This document shows, piece by piece, positions 39,564-50,166 of a DNA stretch of 64,000 bases; positions within the stretch are counted from its first letter, which is position 1; every line of letters begins with the position of its first letter. The stretch is from Candidatus Tayloriibacteriota bacterium (GTDB lineage: Bacteria > Patescibacteriota > Minisyncoccia > Phycocordibacterales > CAIRYW01). Under the pieces are notes generated by a model, which was not told the DNA's origin, searched no databases, and worked only from the letters and a program-made list of their open reading frames with translations. A program made the position numbers and the translations under genes. The stretch lies in contig JAQBQZ010000014.1 of assembly GCA_028286725.1 (NCBI GenBank), positions 5,051 through 69,050 on the forward strand, given 5' to 3'.

Positions 39564-39995
39564 ATGGATTCAGTAAATAATAGACCAACAGTTGGAATGG
39601 GTGTGGTTATTTTTAAAGGAAATAAGATACTTTTGGGTAAAAGAAAAAGCTCAATTGCTGGAGGATTGTATGCAAGTCCCGGTGGCCATGTCGAGTACAT
39701 GGAAACATTTGAGGAGTGCGCTATACGAGAAACTCGTGAGGAGTGTGGTATTGAAATTCAAAATGTTCGATTTCAAAGATTGGCAAATGTAATGGCTTTC
39801 AAGCCGAAACATTTTGTTGATATTTCTCTTATTGCAGATTGGAAATCTGGAGAACCTCAAAATTTAGAACCAGATAAAAATGAAGGATGGGATTGGTATG
39901 ATTTAGATAATTTACCCACAAACCTTATGGCGACTACGAAACTCACTCTTGAAAGTTGTAAAACTGGCCAGATGTATTTTCCTTTAATTGATTAA
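39564..39995 (+). CDS. NUDIX hydrolase (NUDT15-like)
   Basis: PGGHVEYMETFEECAIRETREECG and EPDKNEGWDW. Confidence 0.9.
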   Translation: MDSVNNRPTVGMGVVIFKGNKILLGKRKSSIAGGLYASPGGHVEYMETFEECAIRETREECGIEIQNVRFQRLANVMAFKPKHFVDISLIADWKSGEPQNLEPDKNEGWDWYDLDNLPTNLMATTKLTLESCKTGQMYFPLID

Positions 39996-40001
39996 TAATA
40001 T

Positions 40002-41126
40002 ATGCAAAAAATTGGAATTATCGGTGGAGGGCAGCTCGGGAGAATGCTTGTAGAGGCGGCTAAGAATCTTGGGTTCTATACTGTGGTTCTCGATCCAACT
40101 CCAAATGGGCCTGCAGCACAAGTGGCAGACAAAGAGATTATCGGTGATTTTAAAGATGCATCAAAAATAAAAGAAGTTGCAGATCAGGTAGATTTTGTGA
40201 CATTTGAGATCGAGTCTGCGAATGCAGATGCATTGAATGATCTCGTGGGAGAAGGAAAAGACATCAATCCTCATCCAAAGATCTTGGAAACAATAAAAGA
40301 TAAATATCTTCAGAAAAAGTTTTTGGAAAAAAACGGAATCCCGGTCGCTGATTCGGTTGAAGTAAGTGATGAGGAAGAAATAAAAAAAGCAGGAACTGTA
40401 TTTGGATATCCATTTCTTCTTAAAGCACGAAAAGATGCATACGACGGGAGAGGAAATGCTTTAATAAAAAATGAAATTGATATAAAAGATGGAATAGTAA
40501 AGCTTAAAGATCGAACACTCTATGTAGAGAAATTTGTTCCATTTGTGAAAGAACTTGCTGTGGTCGTGGGACGATCAAAGAATGGAGAGGTCAAAGTATT
40601 TCCAGCTGTTGAAACGATTCACAAAAATAATATCTGCCATATTGTCATTTCTCCTGCACCTGTTAAAAAAGATATTACACAAAAAGCAGAAGAACTCGCG
40701 ACAAAAATAATAGCTGACTTTAAAGGTGTAGGAGTATTTGCTGTTGAAATGTTTTTGACAGAGAAAAATGAACTTGTAATAAATGAGATCGCACCTCGAG
40801 TACATAATTCTGGACATCATACAATTGAAGGCAACAAGACTTCGCAATTCGAACAGCATATTCGAGCAATTACGGGGATGCCTTTGGGAGACACTGGCCA
40901 CACAGCCCCGTTTTCAGTAATGATAAATATCTTGGGTGAAAGAAGTGGAGAGGTAAAACTCGAGGGTGAAGAAAAGTTGAATGAAATTAAGGGTGCGACC
41001 ATGCATATATACGGTAAGTCCGAGACTCGTCCAGAGCGAAAAATGGGGCACATCACGGTTGTGGGTGATGATCTTATAGAGGTCTTGGAAAAAGCGAGAC
41101 TCGCTCGGTCAATTATTTCAATTTAA
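40002..41126 (+). CDS. purK: N5-CAIR synthetase
   Basis: IGGGQLGRM, EIAPRVHNSGH and RKMGH. Confidence 0.96.
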   Translation: MQKIGIIGGGQLGRMLVEAAKNLGFYTVVLDPTPNGPAAQVADKEIIGDFKDASKIKEVADQVDFVTFEIESANADALNDLVGEGKDINPHPKILETIKDKYLQKKFLEKNGIPVADSVEVSDEEEIKKAGTVFGYPFLLKARKDAYDGRGNALIKNEIDIKDGIVKLKDRTLYVEKFVPFVKELAVVVGRSKNGEVKVFPAVETIHKNNICHIVISPAPVKKDITQKAEELATKIIADFKGVGVFAVEMFLTEKNELVINEIAPRVHNSGHHTIEGNKTSQFEQHIRAITGMPLGDTGHTAPFSVMINILGERSGEVKLEGEEKLNEIKGATMHIYGKSETRPERKMGHITVVGDDLIEVLEKARLARSIISI

Positions 41127-41140
41127 TTTTGAATCTTCTT

Positions 41141-41989
41141 ATGTCTGACTTGATCAAAATAGTAGAAGACAGTCGAGATAGAGCCACACAAGTGGCTTTA
41201 GATTCAATATCAGATTTGATAGGTTCTTCTGAAATTGAAGTGCGAGACAGGATCCTCTCAAAGATTGCAGAACAAAAAATATTCTTCCCCTTAGGATGGT
41301 ATGATCCACCGTTCGGGGGAGTGGCTGTGCTTTTTGGAAATGATCCGTATGACAGACTAAAATTTGAAACTCTTCGAGATCCACTTTTCTCTCCAAGTGA
41401 ATCAGATTTTTATAATAAAGAGAGCGTCGGCATCGTCTATTTGTCTCCTATTGAAAAAGAAACAGGGATGATCGGGGACATTGGATTCACGATCTATAAT
41501 GGTAGAGATGAGAAAATAAAAACTCATATTCGAGATTGTTATAATTTGTTAATCGAGGTTGCAAACTTTGCAGAAGTTGGGCAGTCATTTGGTGATCTAT
41601 ATACTTATGCAATGGATGTATTTGTAAACAAGGGGCAAAAAAGAATTGGCTGGATGTCTACCAATATCTGGAAAGCAACAAATGATGATAAGAGAAAAAT
41701 AAATTTTGGACACACGATTCCTGGGTCTTTTGATAATTTGAATCTTGGAAACTCTTTTGATGAAATAAAGGAAAATATTAGAACAAAAAGAATTTTTATT
41801 GAAGAAATTGAAACATTTAAAATTCCAGATACCTGTGCGTTTACACTCGAAGCCAGATTGACAGACAGGGATCATATTTTACCGAACACATTCTTTCATT
41901 TTGTGGTTGTTTTTAATGATGGTAAAAAGAAAATATTGGCTAATTTTAGCGAAATTTTTATAAAGACAGGTATGGATTATATGCTATAA
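41141..41989 (+). CDS. M24 peptidase-like (pita-bread fold) hypothetical protein
   Basis: GDIGFT, NFGHTI and FTLE spacing resembles M24 metal ligands. Confidence 0.45.
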   Translation: MSDLIKIVEDSRDRATQVALDSISDLIGSSEIEVRDRILSKIAEQKIFFPLGWYDPPFGGVAVLFGNDPYDRLKFETLRDPLFSPSESDFYNKESVGIVYLSPIEKETGMIGDIGFTIYNGRDEKIKTHIRDCYNLLIEVANFAEVGQSFGDLYTYAMDVFVNKGQKRIGWMSTNIWKATNDDKRKINFGHTIPGSFDNLNLGNSFDEIKENIRTKRIFIEEIETFKIPDTCAFTLEARLTDRDHILPNTFFHFVVVFNDGKKKILANFSEIFIKTGMDYML

Positions 41990-41996
41990 TCGATTT

Positions 41997-42512
41997 ATGG
42001 AAAAACCACTAATAGGCATAATTATGGGCTCGGATTCTGATCTTGCGGTAATGCACGAAGCGGCAAAGATCATTGAAGAATTCGGTGTAGAATTCGAGAT
42101 AACTATTGTCTCAGCGCACAGAACTCCTGACAGGCTTGTAGAATATGCAAAAGGGGCAGAGAAAAGGGGGCTTAAGGTCATTATTGCGGGTGCTGGAGGC
42201 GCAGCACACCTTCCTGGAATGACAGCAAGTATGACAGTGCTTCCGGTGATTGGAGTGCCTGTGAAGGGTAAGAATCTTGAAGGGATGGATTCACTACTTT
42301 CGATCGTTCAAATGCCCGGAGGAATACCTGTTGCAACGGTGGCTATAAATGGCGCAAAGAATGCCGGACTTTTAGCGCTTCGAATTCTTGGCACTTCAAA
42401 TAAAACCCTTCAAGAAAAATTGGCCTTGTATGCAAAAAAAATGGAATCAGATGTAAAAGAAAAGGCAGAAAAATTAGAAAAGAATGGGTATGTTAATTAT
42501 TTAGGACTATAA
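41997..42512 (+). CDS. purE: N5-CAIR mutase
   Basis: IMGSDSD, SAHRTP and [11 protein letters not shown]. Confidence 0.97.
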   Translation: MEKPLIGIIMGSDSDLAVMHEAAKIIEEFGVEFEITIVSAHRTPDRLVEYAKGAEKRGLKVIIAGAGGAAHLPGMTASMTVLPVIGVPVKGKNLEGMDSLLSIVQMPGGIPVATVAINGAKNAGLLALRILGTSNKTLQEKLALYAKKMESDVKEKAEKLEKNGYVNYLGL

Positions 42513-42518
42513 AATTTT

Positions 42519-43673
42519 ATGAGCGATCAAAAACAAAAGAGTTTGTATTCAGGTGATGGGGTTGATATTCACGACGAAGCAGATTTCAGTAAATACGCAG
42601 GCTCTATTTGTAAGCAAAGTTATAACAACTCAAACTTTGTGGACGTGCACGATCTCTCGGAGGGTCAGTTCCGCGGACCTCGACCTTTTACATTCAAGAA
42701 TCTCCCAGAGGGCTTTCTCATTGAAGCCTCAACTGATGGGATAGGAACTAAAGGTATTATAATCGATGCTGCAAAGACTCATGCTGATGCTGCATATGAC
42801 ATCATTGCAATGACCTCAAGTGATATTACTCGATATGGAGGATTGCCGCTCGTTTTCATTAACGTGCTCGATACTGTTTCTGTTGGAATTGTTGGAAGCG
42901 AAGCGAGAAATGCATACAAGTCTCTTATGGATGGATTGGGTAAGGTTGCAAAAGATGAAGGTCTTGTAGTGCTCAAAGGTGAGACGGCACAAATGGGTGT
43001 GTGTCTTGGTTCTGAAATTGCTGATTCGAAAACAAAACTCAATTGGTCTGGAATGATGATTGGAGCGTATCATAAAGACAAGATGATCACGGGCAACACG
43101 ATCAAAGAAGGTCAGGTGATTATTGCTCTTAAGGAAAATGGTTTTCGAAGCAATGGGATCAGTTCTGTCCGAAAAGCGCTCGTAATGAAATATGGGCAGG
43201 AATGGTGGAAGAATATTGAAGCAAAAGATGATATCAAAAAAGCTGCAGAAAAGTCGGTGCTTTATGACAAGTTTATAAATACACTTCATGGCTGGTATGA
43301 TAAAGAATTTAAAGCAGAAATAGAGATTCATTCTGTTGTACATCTTTCAGGTGGAGCAATGAGGGAAAAGCTCGCTCATGATATTTTGTTCACAAAGGGA
43401 CTCGGGGCAAATATTACAGACCTATGGGAACCTGCAGAGATAATGGCAAACTGTGCAAAGTGGCGAGAAATGTCAGACGATGAATTTTATGAGACTTGGC
43501 ACGGGGGACAAGGAATGCTTTTGGTAATAAATAAAGAGGATGTGGAGCATTGCTTGAAGCGGGCAGAAGACTTTGGCATCAAGGCAAAACTTGCGGGCGT
43601 CATCACAAAGACAGAAAAGCCTACAATAAAAATAATTTCAAAATTAAATGGCAAAGAGGTTATTTATCAATAA
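42519..43673 (+). CDS. purM: AIR synthase (divergent)
   Basis: YSGDGVD, TDGIGTK, GETA, GFRSNG and HLSGG. Confidence 0.85.
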   Translation: MSDQKQKSLYSGDGVDIHDEADFSKYAGSICKQSYNNSNFVDVHDLSEGQFRGPRPFTFKNLPEGFLIEASTDGIGTKGIIIDAAKTHADAAYDIIAMTSSDITRYGGLPLVFINVLDTVSVGIVGSEARNAYKSLMDGLGKVAKDEGLVVLKGETAQMGVCLGSEIADSKTKLNWSGMMIGAYHKDKMITGNTIKEGQVIIALKENGFRSNGISSVRKALVMKYGQEWWKNIEAKDDIKKAAEKSVLYDKFINTLHGWYDKEFKAEIEIHSVVHLSGGAMREKLAHDILFTKGLGANITDLWEPAEIMANCAKWREMSDDEFYETWHGGQGMLLVINKEDVEHCLKRAEDFGIKAKLAGVITKTEKPTIKIISKLNGKEVIYQ

Positions 43674-43685
43674 TAATTAAATATT

Positions 43686-44624
43686 ATGAACCTACTCAGG
43701 GAGACTCACTTTAATAATCTTGGAGAACAAAAAATAGGTAAGGTTCGAGATATTTATATTCAACCCGACAAAATAATTCTTGTTTCAACTGATAGGCATT
43801 CTTCTTTTGATCGGATCATAGCTCACATACCTCACAAGGGACAGCTTTTAAATCAAATAAGCGCATTCTGGTTTGATGCGACAAAGGATATTATTTCAAA
43901 TCATTTTCTTGAGGTTCCTGATCCAAATGTATTGGTGGCAAAGAAATGCACTCCGCTTCCAATTGAAATGGTGGTTCGTGGATATATGACAGGAGTTACT
44001 GGCACATCACTCTGGGTTAATTATTCTAAAGGTCAGAGAGATTTTGGTAACTTCACGCTTCCAGATGGAATGGTCAAGAATCAAAAACTTGAGATCCCAG
44101 TCATAAATCCCACAACAAAATCAGATGAGCATGATCAACCTATTACCCCAAAAGAAATCCTCGAACAAAATCTTGTTTCAAAAGAAGTCTGGGATGAGGT
44201 GGCAGACAAATCTATTAAACTTTTTATAAGAGGACGAGAGATTGCTGAGAAAGCAGGATTTATTCTCGTGGATACAAAATATGAATTTGGAATAGACGAA
44301 AGTGGAAGGGTGGTACTCATCGATGAGATTCATACTCCTGATTCATCACGATTCTGGCAGAAAGCGGTATATGAAGAACGATTCGCAAAAGGGGAAGAGC
44401 CGGAATATTTTGATAAGGAATTTCTAAGGCTTTGGTTTAAGGATAATTGTGATCCATATAATGATCCGGTACTTCCTGAAGCTCCGAAGGAGATGGTAGA
44501 GGAGTTATCAAAAAGATACATTATGATCTATGAGGGAATTACTGGAAACAAATTTATTGGAGCAGGGGAGAATGAAAATATTATTGACAGAATTGAAAAT
44601 AATTTAAAAAAGTTTAATGTCTAA
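43686..44624 (+). CDS. purC: SAICAR synthetase
   Basis: GKVRDIY, LVDTKYEFG and DEIHTPDSSRFW. Confidence 0.96.
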   Translation: MNLLRETHFNNLGEQKIGKVRDIYIQPDKIILVSTDRHSSFDRIIAHIPHKGQLLNQISAFWFDATKDIISNHFLEVPDPNVLVAKKCTPLPIEMVVRGYMTGVTGTSLWVNYSKGQRDFGNFTLPDGMVKNQKLEIPVINPTTKSDEHDQPITPKEILEQNLVSKEVWDEVADKSIKLFIRGREIAEKAGFILVDTKYEFGIDESGRVVLIDEIHTPDSSRFWQKAVYEERFAKGEEPEYFDKEFLRLWFKDNCDPYNDPVLPEAPKEMVEELSKRYIMIYEGITGNKFIGAGENENIIDRIENNLKKFNV

Positions 44625-46005
44625 TCTTAAAGCAATAAGTCCGATAGATGGAAGATATGCGAAAACAAGCGAACCACTTATAGACATTTTTAGTGAGAAG
44701 GGTCTGATGAGATACCGGATCATTGTAGAGGGCGAGTATCTTATTGCACTGTCAAAACTTAATTTGAAACTTCGGAAGATCACCGAAAAAGAACAGAAAT
44801 TAATTCGTTCGCTTTATGATCTTTCAGATACTGATGCACAAATCATAAGTGATATTGAATGGAGGGGGTATAAAAATATCAAAGCGACAGATCACGATGT
44901 GAAGGCTGTGGAATATTATTTGAAAGATAGACTTGGCAACACGTCGCTTAAAGATGTTTTGGAGTGGATCCACTTTGGACTAACGAGTGAAGACACAAAC
45001 AATCTTTCTTATGCTTTGATGATCCAAGACGGGGTAGAAGTGATTTTAAATAAACTCAATGAAGTGCAAAAGGAGATAGATCTTTTGGTCAAAGCAAATG
45101 CAAAGCTTCCAATGCTTGCGCGAACTCATGGACAGAGTGCATCGCCGACGACCTTTGGAAAAGAGTTTAAAGTGTTTCATGCTCGAATCGATAGACAGAT
45201 GAAAGAGCTCCGATCAAAACATATTCTTGCAAAACTTAATGGTGCAACAGGGAATTATAATGCGCATATTTCCGCATACCCGAAGACAGATTGGGTCAAA
45301 TTCACAAAAGCATTTGTTGCTGACTTGAATAAATTAAATCCAAAGACAATAAAACTTGAAGCAAATCTCTTTACTACCCAGATCGAATCTCACGATTCAA
45401 ATATAGAGATCTTTGATTGTGTAAGACGAATCAATACTATTCTCATCGACTTTGATCAGGATATGTGGAGATACATTAGTGATGAATGGATCGTTCAAAA
45501 ACAAGTTGAAGGTGCGGTAGGAAGTTCAACAATGCCACACAAAACAAATCCTATTAAGTTCGAAAACAGTGAAGGAAATCTAGGTCTTGCAAACTCTCTC
45601 TTTGAATTCTTTGCTCGAAAACTTCCGATCTCAAGACTTCAAAGAGATCTCACAGACTCAACAGTACAGAGAAATTATGGTACTGCTTTTGCTCACTCAT
45701 TCATTGCCTATGAATATCTTCTCAAGGGATTGAGTAGAATAAGTGTAAATGGCACCAAGGTTGTAGAAGTGTTGAATAGTCATCCTGAGGTCATTGCAGA
45801 GGCAATACAGACAGTTTTGCGTCGAGAAGGGGCACCGATGCCATATGAACAGTTGAAGGCTCTCACAAAGGGGAGAAAGGTTACTCTCAAGGATTTTGAA
45901 GAGTTTATCGATGGGCTCAAGGTAAGCGATATGGTCAAAAAAGAACTCAAAAAATTCACGCCTGAAAACTATATTGGGATCGCGGATAAATTAGCAGGAA
46001 AATAA
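44617..46005 (+). CDS. purB: Adenylosuccinate lyase
   Basis: AISPIDGRY, HFGLTSED and GSSTMPHK.NP. Confidence 0.96.
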   Translation: MSNLKAISPIDGRYAKTSEPLIDIFSEKGLMRYRIIVEGEYLIALSKLNLKLRKITEKEQKLIRSLYDLSDTDAQIISDIEWRGYKNIKATDHDVKAVEYYLKDRLGNTSLKDVLEWIHFGLTSEDTNNLSYALMIQDGVEVILNKLNEVQKEIDLLVKANAKLPMLARTHGQSASPTTFGKEFKVFHARIDRQMKELRSKHILAKLNGATGNYNAHISAYPKTDWVKFTKAFVADLNKLNPKTIKLEANLFTTQIESHDSNIEIFDCVRRINTILIDFDQDMWRYISDEWIVQKQVEGAVGSSTMPHKTNPIKFENSEGNLGLANSLFEFFARKLPISRLQRDLTDSTVQRNYGTAFAHSFIAYEYLLKGLSRISVNGTKVVEVLNSHPEVIAEAIQTVLRREGAPMPYEQLKALTKGRKVTLKDFEEFIDGLKVSDMVKKELKKFTPENYIGIADKLAGK

Positions 46006-47019
46006 TTATTTGCCCATGTTCTTTAATACCTCAAGATACAGTTTCTCAACTATCTTTTCTTGTTTCGCGCCGGATGTTACATAATGGTCAAGTCCTGGAG
46101 CAGCATTGATCTCGATGATCCAATAGTTATTGAGTTTGTCTTCTATATTTCCATCGATCATAATATCAACTCCACAAAGTCGAAGTCCCATATCTTTGGT
46201 CAATTTTACAGCAAGTTTTTTCACACTTTCATGCATTGTGTCTGTAACATCGACTGAATCACCGCCGGTCGAGAGGTTTGCGTTATCAAGAAGAAATATT
46301 TTCTCTTCTTGTTTTAGGATCGAATGCATTGTGAATCCTTGGTGGAGTAACTTGTCAGCTATTCGAGGATCCTTTGTCTTAATTTTTGTGTCACGTCCTT
46401 TAATTATAAATTCCTTTTGTTTCGCTTTGAGGAGTTGAATGATCGTTGATTTGCCGTCCCCGGTAATACTTAGTGGAATTCTTTTGTATGCTGATATTAC
46501 TTTTTTATCTAAAACTACAATTCGATAATCTGTCCCCACAACGAGCGATTGAACGAGCGCGATCCTGTCGTATTTAAAAATAGCCTTCATTCCTTTGTAG
46601 AATTCTTTTTTGTTGTGAACGAGACTCACGTGCGAACCTTGGGTGCCACTATTTGGTTTTATGATAACAGGGAATTCTAATTGTTCCGCGTATGTAAACC
46701 CGTCATCAATAGTTCGATGTTTTGCACCTATAGCTTTGTGCCATCGTGGAGAATAAAATGATTTGCCGAGGATCGTGTTGTACCCAAGATTTTTCATGAA
46801 GAAAGTTGAATAGTCTTTATCAACCGCGATTTCAGTGGATCCTAATGTGTTTAAATCCATTCGTCCATCACGAAAATATTTGATATTTCCATTCTTAAAT
46901 AGTATTTGACCTACAACACCCCACTCCGGTTCCATAATAACTTTGGCACCGATTTTCGGCGCTAGTCTTTGGAGCATTGGGCCTAAGAAGGGGATGAATT
47001 TTCGTTTTTTCTTCGGCAT
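46006..47019 (-). CDS. Stand-alone ATP-grasp ligase (cyanophycin synthetase/GshAB-like domain)
   Basis: PVIIKPNSGTQG, DYRIVV, NANLSTGG and EINAAPG. Confidence 0.8.
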   Translation of the reverse strand: MPKKKRKFIPFLGPMLQRLAPKIGAKVIMEPEWGVVGQILFKNGNIKYFRDGRMDLNTLGSTEIAVDKDYSTFFMKNLGYNTILGKSFYSPRWHKAIGAKHRTIDDGFTYAEQLEFPVIIKPNSGTQGSHVSLVHNKKEFYKGMKAIFKYDRIALVQSLVVGTDYRIVVLDKKVISAYKRIPLSITGDGKSTIIQLLKAKQKEFIIKGRDTKIKTKDPRIADKLLHQGFTMHSILKQEEKIFLLDNANLSTGGDSVDVTDTMHESVKKLAVKLTKDMGLRLCGVDIMIDGNIEDKLNNYWIIEINAAPGLDHYVTSGAKQEKIVEKLYLEVLKNMGK

Positions 47020-47115
47020 ATTGTTTGGTTACTCTACCAGAAAATTGCTATTTGTATAGAGGTGGATAATGTTGTTTGTAAGACTTAAATTGGGATATAA
47101 TATGTTTCTAATTAT

Positions 47116-48675
47116 ATGAAAAAAATAGGCGAAAAATGTGCAGTATTTGGAGTCTATGGAAAAGGTATGGATGTAGCCCGTCTTGCCTTTTTTGGTTTAT
47201 TTGCGCTCCAGCATCGAGGACAAGAAGGTTCAGGCATTGCTGTTACTGATGGAAAGAAAATTTCTTGCCATAAAAGAGAAGGACTCATGGCTCAAGTCTT
47301 CAATGAAGACATCATCAAAAATCTTGGCGGATCAATTGATGTGCCTTCATTCGCTGCCATAGGACACAATCGATATTCAACATCTGCTGGAGGAGGTGCT
47401 CACTATGTACAGCCAGTTATTGCAGGAGGAGTTGCAACTTGTAAGGTAACAATCGGAAGTGATAATTGTACGGAACATGCGATCTCTGAATATTTTGATA
47501 ATGATGGTGTGAAACAAACTATTGCTTTAGTACACAATGGGAACATTCCATCTGTCACAGCGCTCACAGATTTTCTCAAAGAAAAGAATGTTGATCTTTG
47601 TAATTGTGCTCCTGATCCTTGTATTGAAAAGACTGCGCACAATCACAAGATAGTAGAAGGTGTGTGTATTACGCCATCCGATTCGACACTCATTACAGAA
47701 GCGCTCGCATGGTATGTAGGACAAGGGCTTGATATTGAGGATGCAGTGAAGAAAGTTTTTCCACTCATGACAGGCACATTCTCAATACTTGTTATGACAA
47801 AAAATAAAATGATTGCAATAAGGGATGCACATGGAGTGCGTCCTTTTTCTGTTGCAAAGCTAAATGGAGGATTCGTTTTCTCTTCTGAGACCTGTGCGTT
47901 TATCCCAATCGGTGCGACACATCTCCGTGATGTAGAACCGGGTGAGATGATTGTTGTTGATGATGAAGGAATGCGAAGTGAAACTTTAGCTCCAGCAAAC
48001 CAAAAACTTGATATATTTGAATTCGTTTATTTCTCGCGACCAGATAGTATTCTTTTGGGACAATCGATCTATGGAGTTCGAAAAAGATTTGGCGAGATAC
48101 TTGCAAGAGAAACAAAGATCGAAGCTGATGTCGTGATCCCCGTACCCGAAACTGCAATGGCAGTAGGTATTGGATTTGCGAATGCGTCTGGCATTCCTTT
48201 TGAAATGGGGCTGGTAAAAAGTCGGTATATCAATAGAACTTTCATTCAGCCAGAACAGCATATTCGCGATCAGGGAGTAAAGCTCAAGCTATCACCCTTA
48301 AAAGAGGTTATAGATGGAAAAAGAGTTGTTGTGATCGATGATTCGCTTGTACGTGGGACTACCTCAAGACAAATTGTAAAAATGCTTTTTGAAGCGGGGG
48401 CAAAAGAGGTTCATTATATGCTTGGTTCTGCTCCGATCAAGTATCCTGATTTTTATGGAATCGATATCCCAAAGCAAAAGGATCTTTTGGCATCATCAAG
48501 GACGATCGAAGAGATGAATACATACCTCGGATCAACATCGCTTCACTTTTTGTCATTTGAAGGTATGATAGAGGCCACTGGGATAGATGGATCGAAATTC
48601 TGCACTTCTTGCTTTACAGGTGAGTATCCAATTGATATAAAGGAGCGCATATTAGAAGTAGATTTCACAAAATGA
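47116..48675 (+). CDS. purF: Amidophosphoribosyltransferase
   Basis: EKCAVFG, LQHRGQE, GHNRYST and VVIDDSLVRGTT. Confidence 0.96.
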   Translation: MKKIGEKCAVFGVYGKGMDVARLAFFGLFALQHRGQEGSGIAVTDGKKISCHKREGLMAQVFNEDIIKNLGGSIDVPSFAAIGHNRYSTSAGGGAHYVQPVIAGGVATCKVTIGSDNCTEHAISEYFDNDGVKQTIALVHNGNIPSVTALTDFLKEKNVDLCNCAPDPCIEKTAHNHKIVEGVCITPSDSTLITEALAWYVGQGLDIEDAVKKVFPLMTGTFSILVMTKNKMIAIRDAHGVRPFSVAKLNGGFVFSSETCAFIPIGATHLRDVEPGEMIVVDDEGMRSETLAPANQKLDIFEFVYFSRPDSILLGQSIYGVRKRFGEILARETKIEADVVIPVPETAMAVGIGFANASGIPFEMGLVKSRYINRTFIQPEQHIRDQGVKLKLSPLKEVIDGKRVVVIDDSLVRGTTSRQIVKMLFEAGAKEVHYMLGSAPIKYPDFYGIDIPKQKDLLASSRTIEEMNTYLGSTSLHFLSFEGMIEATGIDGSKFCTSCFTGEYPIDIKERILEVDFTK

Positions 48676-49547
48676 TTGATATAACAAAACAACAAAAAGA
48701 ATACGAACTCCTGGATTCAGGAGATGGAGAAAAGCTCGAAAGATTCGGAACTTTTGTTCTTCGGCGCCCTGATCCTCAGGCACTTTGGCCAAAGATGCTC
48801 ACTCCAAAAGAATGGGCAGATGCGAGTGCGAGTTTTCTTCGTGCGGGAAATGCTGGTAAATGGCAGTTCAAGGAAGGGGTACCAAAAGAATGGGAAATAA
48901 AATATGGGGGACTTAAATTAAACATTTCTCCAACACCTTTTAAACACACCGGAGTTTTTCCAGAGCAGATCGTGAATTGGGCTTGGAGTCAGGAAAAGGT
49001 TACAGCTTATAAATCAAAAAATAAAGAAAGGGAAATCACAGCTTTGAATCTCTTTGGGTATACAGGAGGGGCAACACTCGCTCTTGCAAAGGCTGGGGCT
49101 CAGGTGTGTCATGTAGATGCATCAAAGACTTCTATCACTTGGGCACGTGAGAATGCAGAAAGCTCAGGGCTTAAAGATGCTCCGATCCGATGGATACTTG
49201 ATGATGCATATGAGTTTGTTAAAAAAGAAATAAAGAGGGGAAAGAAATATGACTGTATCATCATGGATCCTCCTGCATTCGGACATGGACCAAATGGTGA
49301 GGTGTGGAAGATCGAAGAGCAGTTTATAAGATTTCTTGAAGACACCAAAAAACTTTTATCTGATGACCCGATACTTTTCTTGGTCAATGGGTATGCTTCA
49401 GGATATTCATCAATTGCATACAAACAAAATTTGACAGACTTAATCGAAAAACATGGAGGCACGATCGAAGATGGGGAGCTTGCAATAGAAGAAAAAGATG
49501 GAGGTCGACTTCTGCCATCTGGAATATTTGCAAGGTGGAGTAAGTAA
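48672..49547 (+). CDS. Class I SAM-dependent methyltransferase (RlmI-like)
   Basis: YELLDSG, LNLFGYTG and IIMDPPAFG. Confidence 0.88.
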   Translation: MIDITKQQKEYELLDSGDGEKLERFGTFVLRRPDPQALWPKMLTPKEWADASASFLRAGNAGKWQFKEGVPKEWEIKYGGLKLNISPTPFKHTGVFPEQIVNWAWSQEKVTAYKSKNKEREITALNLFGYTGGATLALAKAGAQVCHVDASKTSITWARENAESSGLKDAPIRWILDDAYEFVKKEIKRGKKYDCIIMDPPAFGHGPNGEVWKIEEQFIRFLEDTKKLLSDDPILFLVNGYASGYSSIAYKQNLTDLIEKHGGTIEDGELAIEEKDGGRLLPSGIFARWSK

Positions 49548-49560
49548 GATTTATACAAAC

Positions 49561-49593
49561 AAATGAAACGCATCCTACGGATGCGTTTCATTT
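49561..49593. terminator. Palindromic terminator
   Basis: AAATGAAACGCATCC-TAC-GGATGCGTTTCATTT. Confidence 0.75.
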
Positions 49594-49627
49594 GTTTTGA
49601 AGGCTATTTTTTGGTATTATTATCTTT

Positions 49628-49912
49628 ATGGAAGACAATGAACTCCGAAAGATGGTAGAAGAAACGATGGAATTATCTAAGGATAATAATCGAATTCTTC
49701 ACTCTATTCAAAGAAGGGAAAGAATGACTCAGGTGTTTAGAGTTGTTTATTGGCTTATTCTCCTTGGAGCTGGTGCCGGACTCTATTACTATATTCAGCC
49801 CTATATAGATGAGCTTGTAAAAGCTTATGGCAATATTGTTGATACTCAGCATAAAGTTGCTGATATATCGGGCAAATTTAGTCTTGATAGTATAAAAAAT
49901 TACTTTAAATAA
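49628..49912 (+). CDS. Hypothetical single-TM protein
   Basis: LSKDNNRILHS...YYYIQPY. Confidence 0.7.
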   Translation: MEDNELRKMVEETMELSKDNNRILHSIQRRERMTQVFRVVYWLILLGAGAGLYYYIQPYIDELVKAYGNIVDTQHKVADISGKFSLDSIKNYFK

Positions 49913-49973
49913 CTCCGTTCTTACTTCGATCCAGATTTCGGTCACGGGTTGTTAAGTCTGCTTATGTGATAAT

Positions 49974-50166
49974 GAGAGCCAGAATTTCTCCTCCGACCTT
50001 TTCCTCGTCGTCTCTCGGAAAGGTCTAGGCGCCAGCTCGCTTGTTTCTGAAGCTTCAGAAACATAGCGGCGCTGTTCGAATCTGGACGCAATCAAAATTA
50101 TTTGATTGCTCTCTCGGCACAAAATACAAAAAACCACACAGAATCTGTGTGGTTTTTTGTATTTTG
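49974..50166 (-). repeat. tRNA-Phe-linked structured element
   Basis: 32-bp-arm palindrome at 50111-50175, anti-T-arm copy at 50074-50085, and terminal 10-bp tRNA duplicate at 49974-49983. Confidence 0.75.

Noticed and set aside
46006-47019. Full cyanophycin synthetase
   Set aside because: Only 337 aa, no Mur-ligase domain, and no cyanophycinase nearby.
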